This document shows positions 25,701 through 28,430 of a stretch of DNA of 28,430 nt, piece after piece; within the stretch, counting starts at the first letter, position 1; every line of letters begins with the position of its first letter. Position numbers and translations under genes: made by a program. The notes under the pieces were generated by a model, which did no database searches, had not been told where the DNA came from, and saw only the letters and a list, made by a program, of their open reading frames with translations. Origin of the DNA: a virus (taxonomy: Duplodnaviria; Caudoviricetes); IMG/VR virus record IMGVR_UViG_3300037991_003291, positions 1 through 28,430 of that record, one strand, 5' to 3'.

Positions 25701-28207
25701 CGTTCTGTATTGCTTAAATCCAATGCATCTAGATCATTAATCAACTGTACACGATTGTCTTGTGTTAATCTTGACAAGTCAAAAAACTTGGTACGACGAC
25801 CTTCTTTAACCAATGGCGCGCCAAACAACTCTGTAGAGGCTACCTGAGCAGGTTTAATATCTTCACCAAAGGGCAACTGACTTAAACGACCTAATCGTTG
25901 TCCTATATCAGACTGGGAGGCTACAAAACGTAGTTCCTCAGCAACCTTTTTGCCTGCGTATAATCTTGGTGTAAGTTCAACAATGGCTTCTAAGTCACGT
26001 ATTTCTGGTGCCATCTCAAACATAATGCCACGACCATACACCGAGTTTAATCCACGTCGCACCCTTGGTATAATCTGCTCTATTTCAAGTGGGGATTCAG
26101 TTTTTACAATATTGTCTATGGTCTTTTGATTGAAGTTTGGGTCATTCTTGGCACGTCGTAAAGCATTGTCATAACCAGTAGTTTCAACATCATCTATAAA
26201 TCGTTGTGCGGACAAGTACTCGTTATACAAATCAGATGCTACTTCGTTGCGACGTATGCTACCAAATGCAAACTCATCTGCTTGCTCTTTACCAACCTTC
26301 TGTACTTGTTGATAGTATGGTGTTTTATCAAGACCAAGTTCAACCAACTCATCTTGACGGCCAAGTTCTAGCAATCGTTTGGCTTCTAGGTTGTTGGCCA
26401 CCTGTTCGCCCATGCGCAATCGTATGTCGCCATGTACCAAGTTATCTACCGGTGTACCCTTTACCTTTTTAATAGTGTTGTTGGTGATGGAGATAAGATT
26501 CATATCATCTAACACTTCATCGCTCAATCCTTTTGCAAACTCATCTAGTGTTAAATTGTATGTTTTGGGAGCAAAGAAATCATCAACACCACCACTACCA
26601 TACAGTTTACGATTGGCTTGAACCATACGACCGGCCTTTTGTGCACCTTTAACAGTACCAGATATCAAGTCCAAGTCTGGGTTTAAAAAGTCCATTGCAA
26701 ACAAACCAACTGTCAAAGCACCTTTGGCAACTGGGTCTTGTATATCAAACGCAGTAGTAAGTACCTCTTGCTCATCTAAGAACCCTTTGTTACGTGCAAT
26801 TGAGTCAGTAAGGTCTGAGAAAAAAGAATCTTCGGCAAACAATGGTGCATTTTTCTGACGTTCTTCCAATGTTGCTTGTCTAAGTACATCTTCTTCACCA
26901 GTTGCCAACTCTATACCTATATCAGCCACATCTTTTGCACCACGTATAACCGCACCGGTCAATACGTTTGGAAATAAAAAGGCGTTGCGCAAAAACCAAC
27001 TTGTACCTGTCTCTGCCACTCCACCCAAAGCAGTTGTGGTTTGAAACCATCCTTCATTTTTGTAGTCATCTAAGTGGTCAATAATAAAATCACGACGCTC
27101 AGGGTCTACAGTCCAATCGTAGTCCTCTTGTTGATATGCACGTACTTTGGCCAAAGCAAGTTTATGATCAGCACGTTGTGGAGCTTGGTCTAATGTTTTG
27201 TCACTAAAACCAATAAGTCCATAATATTGACCGGACTCACCTTTGTAGACCTTACGTATAGCTAGGTCTTTCTCATTGGTAAATATTGTGCCAAGTCCAT
27301 CTTCTCCAATGTATTCAAACACTTCTCTAGGCATAAGGATAGTGCCCTCACCATCAGTTTGAACCTTAACCAAATCAGCAGGCTCTTTGCCCATGCGAGA
27401 CTCTAAGTCAAGAACCTTGCTGTTAATCTTTTCCTTTATTTGATACGACAAAATATGTCCTTGTGTAGGACTATAAGCCTTGAAATTACCCTCTTGGATG
27501 TTTCCTTCTAATGCTTGTGCCAACTTATCATACCAGCTGTCGCCTTTAAACTTGGCCTTCATCTTTGGGTCTAGTGCGCTTTCACGAACTGTGGGTACTT
27601 GGTCCATTGTTTGTAGCGCATTTAATACTTCTTCATATCGCTGCTCTGGTGTCATATATGGATATGTCTTTGCAAGTTGACGATATGCATAAACTAAACT
27701 GTCTGCGTCTGTGCGTGCTTCAAATTCTAGTCTATCCAGTTCTTCAGGCGATAAAACACCTGCGTCTGGAGTCCGAGCTTTGGTATAAACTTCAATCAAC
27801 TTCTGTTCTGTAATGTTTTCTAGGTTCTCTTCTGGTGCATACGTTGTTTGATCCACCATCGATGTTCGCATCTGACCAACAGTCTGCTGGCGACCAACGG
27901 CTTGACCTAGAGTTGGAGGTGTATAACTTGGTGTCTGAGTCTCCAAAGGCAATGTTGCACTAGTCAAGCTAGAACCATACTTTGTTGGTATACCTTTACT
28001 CAACTCAGTATCTAAATCCATACGAATTTGAGTAATTTCTTCATCAGTTGGTGATCGACCAAGCGATATAGCCTTTTGTTCTACCAAGTAATTTAGAGTC
28101 TTGTTGTATTCGTCATAGAATAGGTTAATATTTTCACCTAAGTCCTGTTCTACAGTAGTAGCTTCAACACCTGCATAACGGGCTAGATCTTTATCACTTG
28201 GTTTCAT
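22769..28207 (-). CDS. large internal virion / DNA ejection protein
   Basis: 1812 aa, helical; C-terminal FR.A..G.S..A..LFDY..F.FTSF pattern typical of podovirus ejection proteins; upstream of the fibre genes. Confidence 0.65.
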   Translation of the reverse strand: MKPSDKDLARYAGVEATTVEQDLGENINLFYDEYNKTLNYLVEQKAISLGRSPTDEEITQIRMDLDTELSKGIPTKYGSSLTSATLPLETQTPSYTPPTLGQAVGRQQTVGQMRTSMVDQTTYAPEENLENITEQKLIEVYTKARTPDAGVLSPEELDRLEFEARTDADSLVYAYRQLAKTYPYMTPEQRYEEVLNALQTMDQVPTVRESALDPKMKAKFKGDSWYDKLAQALEGNIQEGNFKAYSPTQGHILSYQIKEKINSKVLDLESRMGKEPADLVKVQTDGEGTILMPREVFEYIGEDGLGTIFTNEKDLAIRKVYKGESGQYYGLIGFSDKTLDQAPQRADHKLALAKVRAYQQEDYDWTVDPERRDFIIDHLDDYKNEGWFQTTTALGGVAETGTSWFLRNAFLFPNVLTGAVIRGAKDVADIGIELATGEEDVLRQATLEERQKNAPLFAEDSFFSDLTDSIARNKGFLDEQEVLTTAFDIQDPVAKGALTVGLFAMDFLNPDLDLISGTVKGAQKAGRMVQANRKLYGSGGVDDFFAPKTYNLTLDEFAKGLSDEVLDDMNLISITNNTIKKVKGTPVDNLVHGDIRLRMGEQVANNLEAKRLLELGRQDELVELGLDKTPYYQQVQKVGKEQADEFAFGSIRRNEVASDLYNEYLSAQRFIDDVETTGYDNALRRAKNDPNFNQKTIDNIVKTESPLEIEQIIPRVRRGLNSVYGRGIMFEMAPEIRDLEAIVELTPRLYAGKKVAEELRFVASQSDIGQRLGRLSQLPFGEDIKPAQVASTELFGAPLVKEGRRTKFFDLSRLTQDNRVQLINDLDALDLSNTERMRIADSIENNKIYSDDLNKIVDLNTERALLTDGRVATLDDINRLANQEQQKLLEAADTAARKAKTNFIGSTIRTAFDKMSNKVFKSKGRQTLAKVMEPQVKVRKSLGIRANRILRKIDGQIGNLELRAEREYRRLIDNGLEAEEALAQMIIGDPQDLIGNFSKRNNIGDAILWMTDQMFTHVDTKIAKSTSSEDIVSGFDKLLANDVFSHIGILYRNKLVDDFVEDLIDNPKNFWQNYQDLIQELSRLLKDPNGRVSYMDDSGDLIEGLVRNVAYEADAIILGKGVPLETIMPEISLGAYMATEIRRITKEVIVDDIDESLVQISAVNVFPDLNIVQEQYADLLRYTTEIMYTNRGNPFNKILDAIKAGIRKELGDVVSESQMDNVARTMYDQSETVLRNNRLLNSETYFTAQELGTRLDQLFGPENETLFKALIGESLFKQMKDVVDQRGYGFVQQEITKVLKENPTFYDTVGFIQNVLKAAFYTGVLGMRIAYHMVNTVTAPALIYQTIGSSKLFRDTDLVGLGKRAWFTVTQGSNKGSRMYADVALRTQDGRVYTYGDLFEALQKTGAKTEYTYIKSALRDGTLLKDIRLATMGRGGIGGTAKLILQNIFRGLGKAGDALTGFATAQDMMFRSAVLVNALKDGRSLDESAKLASRSLFDYNDMPDVLRKYTNGAFVFTSFAWANNVDLLRAFMGLDANALKRYMYVAKVTRDTNKFYQYMNDNQEYPYEMYFPEFAQPRLRFGYQQDPDGRNASFKMGMSIPSNEAIQFHLSVIDSLYRREYSDVRDYALNMLDPSIKIASDIFLDTNLTRLGNKVPLKHVQVFGFYGTTPSEIAQGIEQYTGTQVYPRFVGFNATGNYNGYLYEFKDKKQKRVYLTNWRVVAATYGADSLLNAYIRPLDPQGSSYMGQSPAERLGGALGFYSPVRMKTPTQQQILAIGKHISQLRKIGNRAEQMAMDEAYAPKEKPEDTDED

Positions 28208-28210
28208 ACA

Positions 28211-28430
28211 TCACCTTTTGTCTTCAAGTACCGCCAAGTATTGCAAGTCTAACAACTCAAGGGCCTTGCGTTTTTGAGTCTTATCTTTAATAGCAAGTCT
28301 AATCTGTTGTTGTGCATTTTTGTACAAAGACTCAATCTCATCTAATCTAGTATCATCTGATACTGGAAACAATGAAGCAACAAGATTTCTAACTTTATCA
28401 ACAACACCACGGACCATAGTACCCAAGTTA
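28211..28430 (-). CDS. 3' end of an upstream (probably internal virion) protein
   Basis: Frame open from the window edge to the stop at 28211. Confidence 0.6.
   Translation of the reverse strand, partial: NLGTMVRGVVDKVRNLVASLFPVSDDTRLDEIESLYKNAQQQIRLAIKDKTQKRKALELLDLQYLAVLEDKR

Noticed and set aside
1-28430. Alternative genetic code, tRNAs, introns/inteins, diversity-generating retroelement
   Set aside because: Genes tile densely in the standard code and TAA, TGA and TAG all act as stops. No cloverleaf, intein motif, reverse transcriptase or TR/VR pair was seen by eye.

Overview
This window is most of the genome of a tailed dsDNA phage with podovirus-like virion genes. Two blocks of minus-strand morphogenesis genes flank a compact, divergently transcribed non-structural region of about 6.3 kb (12.85-19.1 kb). 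The left block reads TerS? - TerL - portal - scaffold - amidase - major capsid - decoration - tail adaptor/nozzle. The right block reads large internal virion protein - tail fibre-like protein - holin-like protein - small basic proteins. The non-structural region has a GP88-family gene, a SWIM finger, two XRE-HTH regulators and a possible initiator/loader pair, but no recognisable polymerase, helicase, primase or integrase. The most interesting signals are non-coding. (1) A candidate ~70-nt sRNA at ~18672-18741 has its own sigma70-like promoter and terminator, and its terminator loop (GUGUUUGUCCU) is complementary to the repeated AACCAAC-AGGACAAA leader in front of most non-structural genes. 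(2) A 78-bp perfect purine-pyrimidine alternation (Z-DNA-prone) lies next to a near-consensus sigma54 promoter. (3) An ACTGGAGC motif is enriched on one strand. (4) About 19 copies of a TGCTG-N4-TGCAACA box surround the putative TerS gene. Product calls rest on recognised motifs and gene order only; no database search was run.
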